DNA from: an uncultured Nitrososphaeraceae archaeon | GTDB lineage: Archaea; Thermoproteota; Nitrososphaeria; Nitrososphaerales; Nitrososphaeraceae | Assembly: GCA_963779615.1 (NCBI GenBank) | Contig: CAVZZA010000001.1 | Span: 448,001 to 512,000 of the forward strand | Reading direction: 5' to 3' | DNA length: 64,000 nt | In this document: in pieces, positions 52,938 to 63,933 of the stretch | Numbering within the stretch: the first letter of the stretch is position 1 | Layout of the letters: the number at the start of each line of letters is the position of its first letter | Translations under genes and position numbers: made by a program | Notes under the pieces: generated by a model | Told to the model about the DNA's origin: nothing | Seen by the model: the letters and a program-made list of their open reading frames with translations, nothing else | Database searches by the model: none

Positions 52938-53057
52938 TGACCATTAAACAGGAATTATTTTCAAGGAGCTAATATAACACATGCTTTTTAGGTATGGAGA
53001 TTAGGTTTTAGTGTATGGTGTTCTTAGAAAATGGCGTGAATATTATAGTTATACTCT

Positions 53058-53468
53058 TCAGTCACTAAACAGGCTTTTTGGTATTTCATCCATATCGTAA
53101 TAGTATCCCAATATGTTGTCTATTGTGTGTCGGAGTTGGGTATTACTGTTCACCACAACCACGACAGTTCTGTCTTTCTCAATTATTTTTAGTACCCTTA
53201 CATTCTCATACTCTGAAACAACCCATCTTAATTTGCCCAGTAGTTTGTTGTCATAATCTGTTCCTTTTTGTTCTCTTACAACTCTATCGTTTTCATCAAG
53301 GCCAATGGCATCAAAAATAGAATCAATATATTTTCTGTCAATATTTGCATTGTTTGCAATATACAAATCCCTAATTTGCGATGACTCTACAATAAAAACG
53401 GCCAATATGTCATCATCTACCTCTACAAGGTGCTTGACTTTATCGTAATTGGCATCACTTTTTTTCAA
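53058..53468 (-). CDS. Hypothetical protein
   Basis: Clean 136-aa ORF, co-oriented with the antiporter. Confidence 0.55.
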   Translation of the reverse strand: MKKSDANYDKVKHLVEVDDDILAVFIVESSQIRDLYIANNANIDRKYIDSIFDAIGLDENDRVVREQKGTDYDNKLLGKLRWVVSEYENVRVLKIIEKDRTVVVVVNSNTQLRHTIDNILGYYYDMDEIPKSLFSD

Positions 53469-53674
53469 TGTTTCAATGTCAGTACAGGAGAATATATGAC
53501 TTTGTTGACAATAATTGCTATTCGGTTTGGAAGTGCATGTGTGTTATAGTTGAGTGATGACCCATTTTTCTTTATTGTTATCTGCCACCTTTTTTGTTTT
53601 TTGTTCAAAATCCGGACTTGCAAAATTGCGTTATAGTGCTCGAATGGCTTGAACTTAACCCGCAACATACATTT

Positions 53675-55144
53675 ATGAACCGTCGTTTTTCAGGGAAAAC
53701 AACAAATTTGCATAAGAAATACACCATTGGCCTCATCATAATATCAATCTACGCCATCGCCCTCTTTACGGTCCCACCCCTACTGTTGGACAAGGATGTC
53801 ACTCCCATCCTTGCTTCCATCACTTTGGTCATGGTTGCAGTGTATGTTTTGCTTGGGCTTGAGATTGTCCACAGGACCGTTCTTGCGGCTTTTGCTGCCA
53901 TCCTTTCCATCATTTTGGCGATTACCTTGGGCTCCATACCAGCTGAGGAAAGCCTTGACTTTGTAATTGAAGCCATTGACTTTAACACCATTGGCCTCCT
54001 GTTGGGAATGATGATTATAGTGGCCATCCTTGGTGAGACAGGCGTATTTTACCAGGTAGGAATAAAGTTGGGCAAGGCCAGCAAGGGCAATGTCTGGACC
54101 TTGATGCTGCTTCTTTGTGCGTTTACCGCTGTTGCCTCAATGTTCGTTGACAACGTCACCACGATTTTGCTCATGGTGCCGGTCACCCTGTCAATAACAA
54201 GGACACTAAAGGTGCATCCAATCCCGTTCATAATAGCTCAGGTCTTGGTGTCAAACATCGGAGGGGCCGCCACCTTGATTGGTGACCCTCCCAATATTCT
54301 TATTGGTTCAGCCGCTGGAATTGACTTTAACTCTTTTCTTATCTATATGGGTCCCACCATGGCAATCATATTCGCCATTTCTTTGCTGCTGTTAAGGTTG
54401 TTCTTCAAAAAAGAGCTAAAGGGGGAACAGAGCCTGGAAAAGGAGTCCGATGTACAGGTGCTGATGCACAGGGATGAGGACGCCATAGTTTCGCACAGCA
54501 AAGGACTGCTGACAAAATCAATGATTGTGCTGATAGGGGTTATCGTTCTGTTCTCACTGCAGGGTGTAACTCATCTGGAGGTCTCCATAGTCGCAATAGG
54601 GGGAGCCGCTGTCTTGCTTGCCGTTACAAGAATTCCCTTGGAGAAGATACTGCATGAGGTTGATTGGTCCACCCTCTTGTTCTTTATAGGCTTGTTTGTT
54701 TTGGTGGGGATGGCAGAGCATGCAGGCCTTATAACCATACTGGCAAAACTCGCCATTGGCATAACCGGCGGCAATCCCTGGCTCACTTTTGTAATGATAG
54801 TGTGGCTGTCCGGCATCGCAAGCGCCTTTGTTGACAACATCCCGTTTACAACCACCATGATACCGCTGGTTCATTCACTTATCGACACTCCAAGCATTGC
54901 CTCAACATTTGGCACTGCGTTTCACATTAGCCCATTGTGGTGGGCTTTGGCCCTGGGGGCAGATTTGGGCGGTAACGGAACTTTGATTGGCTCAAGCGCA
55001 GGGGTGGTTGCCGCGGGTTTGAGCATGAAATTTGGGCACGGAATATCCTTTATGAGATTCTTCAAGATAGGGTTTCCATTTATGCTCATTACCCTGGCAG
55101 TAGGAACTGTAGTGCTTTACGGATTGCTATCGTTTCTGTATTGA
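53675..55144 (+). CDS. ArsB/NhaD/SLC13-family ion transporter
   Basis: VDNVTT, SNIGGAATLIGDPPN, VDNIP and LGGNGTLIGS motifs. Confidence 0.92.
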   Translation: MNRRFSGKTTNLHKKYTIGLIIISIYAIALFTVPPLLLDKDVTPILASITLVMVAVYVLLGLEIVHRTVLAAFAAILSIILAITLGSIPAEESLDFVIEAIDFNTIGLLLGMMIIVAILGETGVFYQVGIKLGKASKGNVWTLMLLLCAFTAVASMFVDNVTTILLMVPVTLSITRTLKVHPIPFIIAQVLVSNIGGAATLIGDPPNILIGSAAGIDFNSFLIYMGPTMAIIFAISLLLLRLFFKKELKGEQSLEKESDVQVLMHRDEDAIVSHSKGLLTKSMIVLIGVIVLFSLQGVTHLEVSIVAIGGAAVLLAVTRIPLEKILHEVDWSTLLFFIGLFVLVGMAEHAGLITILAKLAIGITGGNPWLTFVMIVWLSGIASAFVDNIPFTTTMIPLVHSLIDTPSIASTFGTAFHISPLWWALALGADLGGNGTLIGSSAGVVAAGLSMKFGHGISFMRFFKIGFPFMLITLAVGTVVLYGLLSFLY

Positions 55145-55255
55145 CAAATAAGGAAACCTGTGATTACATGCCACCATTATCCTGGTTTGACTATTCATAC
55201 CATACTTGAAAAAAAAGAGATTAGTCAAGGTGTACTGCACTTGATTGCAGACCTT

Positions 55256-55510
55256 TTACTCGTAAATGGAGGAATGGTTTCTTTGTGATGGATTGCTGAA
55301 CTTGAGACCCTTAGGTAACTTTGCCATGCCTTCCTTATTCGTTGCCTTTTTCTTTTTGTATTTTTCTTCGAATTTTTTCTCTTCAGTTTTTTTATGCAGG
55401 TCACTGTTTCCCTGAAGCACATCATAAGGAAGAGAAAGGGCGTCTTCGTTTAGAAATGTGTAACCGCCATTATCCGATTTATCTTTCAATATTCTTATTT
55501 TCTTTTTCAT
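55256..55510 (-). CDS. Small basic hypothetical protein
   Basis: ORF evidence only; LPKGLKFS segment. Confidence 0.4.
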   Translation of the reverse strand: MKKKIRILKDKSDNGGYTFLNEDALSLPYDVLQGNSDLHKKTEEKKFEEKYKKKKATNKEGMAKLPKGLKFSNPSQRNHSSIYE

Positions 55511-55793
55511 GTCCTTTTGCGCCTATTTGGGATGAATACAATGGGTTTGTTTTCTCAGTGAATTTCTTTTCCATAGCTGTTTATCTGAAGCAAAATTAGT
55601 TTACAGGCAAAACATATCCGCAAACTGCTGCAGAATATTGGCACAACTAGTAAGACTAATCTTGAGCTAAAATACTAAGTGAAAAGATTCATGGATTGAA
55701 CCTAAAGGTATTCAACAAGTGGTTATAGTTCCAGAAATACTTAAGGTTTCCTCACGGTTATTTTTTGATATTCCTCAAACTTGCGGTGTTTGT

Positions 55794-56702
55794 TTATTGT
55801 GAGAATTCTTGCTGTATCAAGTCGGTGTTTACCCCCACAGCAGCCCGGCTTCCTTCGGCTGCCGCATAAATCAATTGAGACGGAGCAATCACGGATGCAT
55901 CCCCTGCTGCATACACCCCTTGGATGTTTGTCCTGCCAGAAGAGTCCGTCGCAATACCGCCCATCAGGTTGTTTTCGCAACCCATCTGTTTGCCAAAACC
56001 GGAAGATTGGACCAATTGTGGAAGGACAAAACCATTTTTTCTTGCCATGGTCTCCCCGTCTTCAAACACTACCTGTTCCAGCAGCCCCTCCTGTCCAACA
56101 AGGCCCTTGATTCGCTGTTCCATGACTTTGATTCCCTTGCTTTGGAGTAAACGTTTTTTCTCCGAATCCAAAATCACTTTACCATTGGTGCATACAACCA
56201 GGTCCTTGCTCCAGTTGTAAACTGTTTGGACATAATGAAGGACATTCTTCTGGTCTTCTATGATTACCACCAAAGGCCTGTCCCTTAACTCCCATCCGTC
56301 ACAGTATGGGCAGTTAAACAGGCTTTTGCCGTAAAACCTGGAAATGTTATCTATATCAGGCAATACATCTTTCAATCCTGTGGATATGATGATTGTTTTG
56401 GATTGGTGCTTTTCACCATCAGAGGTTATCAAATCAAATGACTTTTCATTTTTGGTTACCGAAGTTACTTCATTCTTCCTAAATTCAATGGAAGGGTATC
56501 TGCTTAGTTCATCATGGGCAATCTGTCTAAACTCACCAGGGTTTGTTCCATCCCTTGTGATAAAACCATGGGACTCGTGTGTAACGGCGTTCCTTGGTTT
56601 GTTGTTGTCAAACAGAATAATGTTTCGCCTTGCCCTGCCCAACACCAGTGCAGCACTCAGGCCAGCAGGACCCCCGCCAATTATTGCACTGTCAAGCAAC
56701 AC
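55794..56702 (-). CDS. Thioredoxin-reductase-like FAD/NAD(P) oxidoreductase
   Basis: GGGPAGL, CPYCDGWE and GVYAAGD motifs. Confidence 0.92.
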   Translation of the reverse strand: MLLDSAIIGGGPAGLSAALVLGRARRNIILFDNNKPRNAVTHESHGFITRDGTNPGEFRQIAHDELSRYPSIEFRKNEVTSVTKNEKSFDLITSDGEKHQSKTIIISTGLKDVLPDIDNISRFYGKSLFNCPYCDGWELRDRPLVVIIEDQKNVLHYVQTVYNWSKDLVVCTNGKVILDSEKKRLLQSKGIKVMEQRIKGLVGQEGLLEQVVFEDGETMARKNGFVLPQLVQSSGFGKQMGCENNLMGGIATDSSGRTNIQGVYAAGDASVIAPSQLIYAAAEGSRAAVGVNTDLIQQEFSQ

Positions 56703-57061
56703 GCCAATTAATCTGTATTATGTTACTTAATCTTTATCCGGTATTGCTTGAGCAGGGTTTGTGTTACAAACAATTTCGCCATTTATGAAGAGCGGGATTT
56801 GTGTTAAGGTGGAATATTAGAAATAACAAATTTGGTCAGGAAGGGGTAAAGGCGATGGAGAAGGTTCTTGATGGATTGTATAGATGGTTTGACAAATCTT
56901 TGTCATTAGATTGGATAGATGAGTCCTATTGGCATACACATCGCAAAAAGAGCACTAGTCCATGTGACTGTAAAACCTACAGAAAAAAAATGATAAAGCA
57001 TTATGTTAAACAATTAATAATTTAACTATTTTATTTTCTTGACAGTAGGAAGAACAATGAT

Positions 57062-57610
57062 TTGAAACAAGACGACAATGACTATAGTAATGGTAAACGT
57101 TTTAAACCACTTTACAAACACCTCTTGATAATCTGTATTGTGGTAGTCACCTTGGTCGGAATAAGCGCCTATGCCGAATTACAGATAGGAAAGTCCGACA
57201 TTAAAGAAAAATCCTTCAGAAATGACCCGTTTGTGTTGCGTGTTCATTCGCACTTGACAATCATGATGGATAATAAATCCATTACCACACCCAGCCAAAT
57301 AGGCATAGATAAACCATTGTGGAAAGGTCATACGCTTGATAAATATGGAGCACCTGGAATGCCAATGCAAGGAATGGTGATGCCAGGTATGGCGCCAATA
57401 TATACCACAGACAATAGCGGTCTAATCCATGTAGGCTCAGTAGTCAATAGGAACTATACATTGGGTGAGTTTTTCCAGATATGGGGGTTGGATTTGGATG
57501 GTAAAACAATAAAAGCCACGGTTGATGGGAAACCAGTGCCCGATTTTAAGAACATCATTTTGAGAGAGGGTCAGCAGATTCACCTTGACATCACCAGTAA
57601 AAATGGATGA
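57062..57610 (+). CDS. Hypothetical membrane-anchored protein
   Basis: TM segment, then VHSHL, PSQIGI and YTLGEFF.IWG motifs; Met-rich loop. Confidence 0.65.
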   Translation: MKQDDNDYSNGKRFKPLYKHLLIICIVVVTLVGISAYAELQIGKSDIKEKSFRNDPFVLRVHSHLTIMMDNKSITTPSQIGIDKPLWKGHTLDKYGAPGMPMQGMVMPGMAPIYTTDNSGLIHVGSVVNRNYTLGEFFQIWGLDLDGKTIKATVDGKPVPDFKNIILREGQQIHLDITSKNG

Positions 57611-57631
57611 TTTTTATAATATCACATCATA

Positions 57632-58107
57632 ATGGTATCGATTATTGGCAAAATCTCCATGGCCCATTTTAACCCGCTGTGACTTTGGGCTTTCTGATTA
57701 CAAAGCACATAACGAAAAGACAGTTACTCCTTTACATATCTGCAGATATAACGGGGGCGCTATTGGCAAACTTGTTTGTAAAATATGCCATAGGGAATGA
57801 GGCATTCCTTGGAGCCGATTCTCCAAACTATGCGTATCCTCTGCCTTTGATAATCGGGGTGGAGATGTTGGCTTCTGCCCTGCTGATGGCTGTGATATTG
57901 ATTGTTGTATATACAAGGGGCCTGAGAGGCTTTGGTGGAATAGTTATTTGTGCTGTGGTTGGCTTGGACATTTTCTTTTTGCCCTTTGTGTCAGGGGCAT
58001 CAATGAATTCTGCTCGTTCATGGGCCCCTGTCAGTGTCTGGCCAAATGGGAAACCTGTGGGTTTTACTCATAAGCCACCTTTGCTGGAACACCGCCAACA
58101 ATCGTAA
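57632..58107 (+). pseudogene. Aquaporin (MIP) pseudogene
   Basis: ISMAHFNP is frameshifted before AVT; the second motif reads GASMNSARS; both ends truncated. Confidence 0.8.
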
Positions 58108-58312
58108 CGGTATTTGGTAGAAAATTTTCGCATACATTATTGTTTTAATAATGCCGTTAAAGACTATGTTGCCCCACACCAAAAAGCAACATAAAAAACA
58201 GCATGTGTAGCAGTAAAAAATGCGGTAACAGGGATAGCGGCCAAGAAATGGCCGTAACATGGGTATAAAAACTCATCTGCTTATATACCATCTCAATAAC
58301 AATGGTTGGCGC

Positions 58313-58876
58313 ATGCCACCAAATGAAAAGGACAAAGAAAAACTTGTTATCGACCTGCTGAAAAAAGGTTACAAAACAAGGGAGATTGTAAAGCTGGCAC
58401 ATGTTTCGAACACCACCATCAAGAAAATAAAAATGAAACTAACTGGAGAGGTTAATAAAGAACAGGAGCCTGATGACACCAAGAAAAAACCATTGTCCGT
58501 TTCATCACAGGCCTTCAATCTTTTTTTGGAGGGCAAACCTGTTGTCAAGGTGGCCATTGAACTTGATTTAACAACAGACCAGGCACTGAAAATCAGCTCT
58601 GACTACCTGGTATTATGGAACATGGGAATGGCGTCTCGCGTCTTGATGGAAAACAAGAATAATCTTGGGGCATATTTGAAACTGCTTGATTTTCTGGACG
58701 GAAACAAAATAAAGATGAGGGATTTGAACCATGCTGTCGATTTGGCGCAAAACATAGACAATATGAAGAAAGAGAAATCGCAACTAGAATTCGACATAGA
58801 CACGCTGATTGACTTAAAAAAGTGGTATGAGAAGGAACTAGACGAAATCAAAAGAAAATACTACAAAATCCGTTAA
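58313..58876 (+). CDS. Nitrososphaeraceae HTH plus coiled-coil protein
   Basis: KEKLVIDLLKKGYKTREIVKLAHVS..SQAFNLFLEGK.VVKVAIELDL; same family as 40427-41012. Confidence 0.75.
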   Translation: MPPNEKDKEKLVIDLLKKGYKTREIVKLAHVSNTTIKKIKMKLTGEVNKEQEPDDTKKKPLSVSSQAFNLFLEGKPVVKVAIELDLTTDQALKISSDYLVLWNMGMASRVLMENKNNLGAYLKLLDFLDGNKIKMRDLNHAVDLAQNIDNMKKEKSQLEFDIDTLIDLKKWYEKELDEIKRKYYKIR

Positions 58877-59078
58877 AAAAATACATGTATTGAACAGTTA
58901 ATTCTACCCTCTGCAGTCACCTAAGAAGACAATAAACTGCATGAAAGCAAATTGTGAAAATGTCTCTGCCTTTTTTTACTTAACGATTTGTTGTACGTTC
59001 ATCATTAGCATTCGTTAATTAATATTATATCGCAATCATACCATGGAAGGTAAAGCAAGTTTTACGTGTGAATATGCT

Positions 59079-59372
59079 TTAGTGTGTTTCCCAATACATT
59101 GTCATCCACTGCCTAGAGTACATCTTGATGCCCGCAACATCCTCTTTCTCATCATTGTCAACTGTAATGTACGCATTATCAATCAGGAACCTGAGGGATT
59201 CGTCTACCTGCGCTTTGTCCCTGCCGCCATAAACCCTTTCAACATCCTCTCCATGGATTAACACGTTCCAGTCATCGTTGTGGCATTTCTTGTCCCACAA
59301 CAGGGTCAGTATTGCGTAGGTTGCCATTATTTCCTGCGGGGCGTCTTTCAGTATGTCTGAATCGGATTTCAT
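59079..59372 (-). CDS. Hypothetical protein
   Basis: 97-aa ORF with protein-like composition. Confidence 0.45.
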   Translation of the reverse strand: MKSDSDILKDAPQEIMATYAILTLLWDKKCHNDDWNVLIHGEDVERVYGGRDKAQVDESLRFLIDNAYITVDNDEKEDVAGIKMYSRQWMTMYWETH

Positions 59373-59424
59373 TCCCTACGATTTTTCTTATGTGTTTTGG
59401 TACCTTAGGTTTTCCATCAAATAC

Positions 59425-59790
59425 ACTCCTCAATATTGGAATATGCTTTTTGGTTTGACGGCAGAACCAAACAAGGTATGGGCAAAAAACGCCGCACTGA
59501 TTGTTGTGGTTGCCTCAAACAAACATTTTGACATCAACGGAAAATACTCCATAATGCACCAGTTCGATACTAGGGCCACCTGGAAAAACTTGGCCTTGGA
59601 GACATCAGCAATGGGATTGGTGACATGGCATGCAGAGATTTGACTATGAAAGGAAAAGGGCAGACTTGAGGATTCCGGACAGCTTTGGTGTTATGGCCAC
59701 GATTGCGAAAGGAAAAGGGCAGACTTGAGGATTCCGGACAGCTTTGGTGTTATGGCCACGATTGCGAATGGAAAAGACGACCAAAGGAAT
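59425..59790 (+). pseudogene. Nitroreductase-family remnant containing a 59-bp tandem duplication (59648-59768)
   Basis: NKVWAKNAA, HQFDT.A.W.NLALE..AMGLV and FDYE..RADLRIPD fragments; N-terminus missing. Confidence 0.75.
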
Positions 59791-59897
59791 GTATTGTATT
59801 TAATAATGATTAAGGAATTGGAAACCTTTAATTTAATGCAGAATATATTATTGAAATGTATAGTAAATCAAATCCTAAGTTTTATGATGAGGGGAGA

Positions 59898-60809
59898 ATG
59901 GCATTTATGTCATATTTTGCTATAGGGTTACTATCATTGTTCGCTCTGACCGTTGTTGCTAACGATGTAAATGCTCAGGGTGAAAATGTCACCATTAACA
60001 CAACAAAATTGTCTAACAATACATATATGCTTGAAGGGTCGGGAGGAAACATTATTGTTTCTGTTGGACAGGATGGCGTTTTTATGGTGGATGATCAATT
60101 TGCGCCCCTTACAGAAAAAATTAAAGGGGCGATCTCAAACATAACTGACCAACCCGTAAAATTTGTGATCAACACTCATTGGCACTCCGACCACACAGGG
60201 GGAAATGAGAATTTTGGTGAGTTAGGCTCGATAATAGTTTCGCATGATAATGTCAGAAAACGCCTGAGTACAGAGCAATTCTCGGCATTCTTTAATCGAA
60301 CGATTCCACCCTTGCCAGAAAAGGGTCTACCAATCATCACCTTTTCAGATAACATGACTATCTTTCAGAACGGCGACGAGATAAAGATAATTCATGTAGA
60401 TAATGGCCACACCGATGGCGACTCTATCGTCTACTTTACAAAGGATAATGTAATCCATGTCGGAGACGACTTTTTTGATAAATCATATCCAGTGATCGAC
60501 ATATCAAGTGGTGGCAGCATAGATGGATTCATTTCATCGTTACAGAAAATATCATCAATAATTGATGATGAAACAAAAGTAGTGTCCGGTCATTCAGAAA
60601 TATCCAATAAAACAAAAGTCAATGACCTTGAAAATATGCTAAAAGACGTGCGCCAGAACGTTAGTCAAATGATAGCGGATGGAAAATCTCTGGAAGAAAT
60701 AATTGCCTCGCAACCAACATCAAAATACGATGGAATCTATTATGACAATAGCACAATAAAACCAGAAGATTTTGTAACAGTTGTGTATCAAAGCCTCACC
60801 AAGAAATAG
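59898..60809 (+). CDS. Secreted MBL-fold metallo-hydrolase (cyclase-like)
   Basis: NTHWHSDHTGGN, GHTDGD and SGH motifs; signal peptide. Confidence 0.92.
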   Translation: MAFMSYFAIGLLSLFALTVVANDVNAQGENVTINTTKLSNNTYMLEGSGGNIIVSVGQDGVFMVDDQFAPLTEKIKGAISNITDQPVKFVINTHWHSDHTGGNENFGELGSIIVSHDNVRKRLSTEQFSAFFNRTIPPLPEKGLPIITFSDNMTIFQNGDEIKIIHVDNGHTDGDSIVYFTKDNVIHVGDDFFDKSYPVIDISSGGSIDGFISSLQKISSIIDDETKVVSGHSEISNKTKVNDLENMLKDVRQNVSQMIADGKSLEEIIASQPTSKYDGIYYDNSTIKPEDFVTVVYQSLTKK

Positions 60810-61347
60810 ACACATGTAGAGACCTGATAAAATATTTCTTTTCCTTTTCCTTTTTATTTGTCCAAATCAATAGAAATAAGAACTTGATTATCTGTTTTTA
60901 TGTTGGGTGCCGGATAGAATATCATCAATATAGATATCAGTATTCATATTTCAAAATACAGTTCCTTGCCGTAGATTATGACGTCCCAAAGATTGAGCCT
61001 TTTGCCGGCAAAGTCGCTCCCAAATGCGCTATCATGCATTAATCCAACGAGCCTATTGATAAATAATGATGTTTGACGCGACCTAATTATGATTCAAAAA
61101 TACATAAAACAACTGTCAGAACCGTCCAACCGTCAAAATATGCAATAATAATATTTGTATAGTAATACCTAAAGCATAACCAAGAGCAAGATAACAATTT
61201 ATTTGCAACATAATTTTTCTATTTTTCTGCTTTATGCCTTTATGATTAGGATATTATGCTACATATCCATTTCTGTAAGCAAATACAAAAAATATGTAAA
61301 GTAAATAAAAACCCCCCAGGCCTACGGAGGCATTGGATGTGATAATT

Positions 61348-61920
61348 CTACTGTGTCAGTGAAGTGACTATGCCAAATCGGGGAACTGAAAAATAGCCCC
61401 CTGTTTTGAAAGCATCCAAACTCAAATTTGCTAATTTGCCATTTATTAGGTATAAAGTGACTGGCACGTCATTAAAAGCGGTCTTACCGTTGATATTTAC
61501 ATCTGCAATACCACGGAATGATGTGCTGTTGCCTGTCAATTGTATATTGTTGTTAGAACTAGGCAGAATAGCACCTGTGGAATTGCGAATTTCACTAATG
61601 GAAAAAAAGCCGTTTACCTTACCGTTTAATGCAATTGCTTCTGCATTCCATTTAAAGTCCTGTAGTTGACCGCCACTGACTGCAAAACTCCAATTCCCTG
61701 ACAGTATTGAACCTTGAGGTGGAGCTATACCAAATTGCAAAATTGATTCGCTAGCCTGTGGCATGCCTCCAGGCAGAACAAATACCTGGCCTGTATATCA
61801 GGATGCACTAAATGTGTCAACAGGTACTGTTCGCCTGTGCTGATGCATTTTGCAGGATATTATTGTTCAACACTGACATACCTGCCACAAAAAGTAAAGG
61901 CAATACAAGCACAGTCATAA
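61348..61920 (-). pseudogene. Secreted hypothetical protein, split
   Basis: The signal-peptide ORF (..VMTVLVLPLLF..NASAQ) is interrupted before the domain ILSGNWSF..FGIVTSL. Confidence 0.5.
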
Positions 61921-62364
61921 CAAAACGTTTATCATAACTATATGATGCTGGAATCATTATTTGTATCTGGTTATCAAAGTTTAAATATTTAGCCATCATA
62001 AAGCAAATACTTTACAGACTCAAAAAGAAATATTGTAAAGGATATAGAATCATCAAGTTCTGAAAGAAGTTACCCATTAGGAAATCTTGGTGAAATTAAA
62101 AAATATATATTATTAGGCTTTAGTTGATTGAGGTCGAATAAGATAAAGAAAAAAGAAAAACACGTTATATGACTTGAACAACGTGAAACAATCAAATACT
62201 TAAAAAATGTTTTATTAAAGTTGGTTCCCATAGTACCCCTTCAATGATGGCTACAAAAAATTCAAAAATGAAAAACATGGGTATTTCATTCACAAAAAAA
62301 CTCCATATTTACAAAACCCAACAATAACGAATTGACGGTAGTTTGGACGGTTATTTGAGAACCG

Positions 62365-62955
62365 TCAATTTTTGCTATTGCACACGTGGTGCTTCATAAA
62401 GTGTATGTCTCCCCTTTGAGGACATTTGTCGCATTCAAAAGTGTCTGAATAACCAAGTCTGTGTATATGAGGATTAAACAACGACCCCTCGTCAACTTTA
62501 TTCAAGATTTCTGTACTATCCATCTTTCTTTGCAGTTTCCTTATCTTGATGACTCTGTGTCCTTCGCCATTTTTTTCACCAGTGATGATTTCGATACCCT
62601 TCTCCTTCAGGTTAGGCACGATTTCGTTTATCTTGAATGTCAGTTTGTTTGAGGCTTTGGGCCACAGGTTGCTTCGTTTTAGTTCGGGTTTTATTTGGTC
62701 TATTACATCGCCCAAGTCTTTGTGAAGCCTTGTGGGCGTTCCCTCCCAATGATAACTGTCTTCCTTTTCGCCAATAAAAAGAAGCAATGCCTCGGCAACG
62801 GGCGACGACTCTATCACCTCATCGTTTTGGTTGTCAAAGTTTTCATGGTATGCATTGATAAACTCAGTGTCTTTGTTTTCTAAACAGCGTGAAATGATTT
62901 CTCCTCAATCTGCAAAGTCGGCCATTCTCGGAGAACCTTTCAGTATTTTTTCCAT
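62365..62955 (-). pseudogene. C-terminal fragment of a mobile-element primase/helicase-associated protein
   Basis: PRMADFAD*GEIISRCL...WEGTPT..WPKASNKL..EIVPNLKEKGI; in-frame TGA; N-terminus absent. Confidence 0.6.
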
Positions 62956-63039
62956 ATAGTTACTTTTATTAGTATTAGAAATTTGACATGAATTAAATGT
63001 GTTATAACTTTTATGTACTAATCATGAATGAATGAATCA

Positions 63040-63933
63040 TTAAAACCATTTGGTCAAATCATTTGTTTTCCCAATTGTAACGTCGAATGCGTCATTCAAT
63101 AAGTTTTTATCAATTTTGTTAATCCTATTTTCCATTGCTGAAAAAACGTTGGAAGCCCCTCTACTCCTGCTGGCTAAGATTAAATCGTATCTCTGACCAT
63201 CTGTTTCTACCTTCGAGGAGAAAACATTGTATTTTTCATCTTTACCCTCACATTCTATTTTATTGCGATAAAGTGAAATTATATCATCCATGGTGTTAAA
63301 TTCTGTATTAATTCTTTCACCAAAAAATAATTCTAACTTTAATTCAGATTGTTTAGCATTTGTATTCCTGTATATCCCTTCACTATGTAGTGTCATGATT
63401 ATATCCACTGCCCCATAGTTAAGTAATAATTTCATTGATTTCCATTGAATGTCTAGCCCAAAAGGATCTAAAAAGACTAAAAATCCTTCTTTCTCTTTCG
63501 CAATTGTACCAAACAATTCATTAATTTTTTCATTTACGTCTTTTTTTTCTATAGATATGAGATTATTATGACCTAAGCTATGGCCATTAATTCTTTTTTG
63601 TATTAAATTGATGTATTTTTTAGAGATGTCTGAAAGAATGTATTTATCAAATCGATATTTGTTATATAGTGCTACTAATGATGAGCCTGGGAACCTGTAC
63701 TTATTATCTATGGTATACAACCCACTTCCACAGAAGGGGTCGACAAAAATAGGATTGTAACCATTTTTTCTATAAATTTTGATGCAGGGTTCGATATAAT
63801 AGTCTAATGCAATTAATTTTTTGATTGACCATGTGCCATGATTTGGTGTTGTTTCATCTTTATCTTCCCAGTTGCTTACATTAGAATAGAGGCTTTTTAT
63901 TCTGTCTTTGGTCCACGTATAAATATCAACCAA
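63040..63933 (-). CDS. tcmP: Three-Cys-motif partner protein (TcmP-like methyltransferase fold)
   Basis: G.WS.KKL..L.YY, FVDPFCGSG, GSSLVAL and FLVFLDPFG motifs. Confidence 0.8.
   Translation of the reverse strand: MVDIYTWTKDRIKSLYSNVSNWEDKDETTPNHGTWSIKKLIALDYYIEPCIKIYRKNGYNPIFVDPFCGSGLYTIDNKYRFPGSSLVALYNKYRFDKYILSDISKKYINLIQKRINGHSLGHNNLISIEKKDVNEKINELFGTIAKEKEGFLVFLDPFGLDIQWKSMKLLLNYGAVDIIMTLHSEGIYRNTNAKQSELKLELFFGERINTEFNTMDDIISLYRNKIECEGKDEKYNVFSSKVETDGQRYDLILASRSRGASNVFSAMENRINKIDKNLLNDAFDVTIGKTNDLTKWF

Noticed and set aside
394-62883. Many 60-140 aa ORFs antisense to or nested in confident genes (e.g. 7583-7966, 8225-8650, 36856-37272, 56344-56730)
   Set aside because: These are shadow ORFs of real genes with no recognisable motifs.
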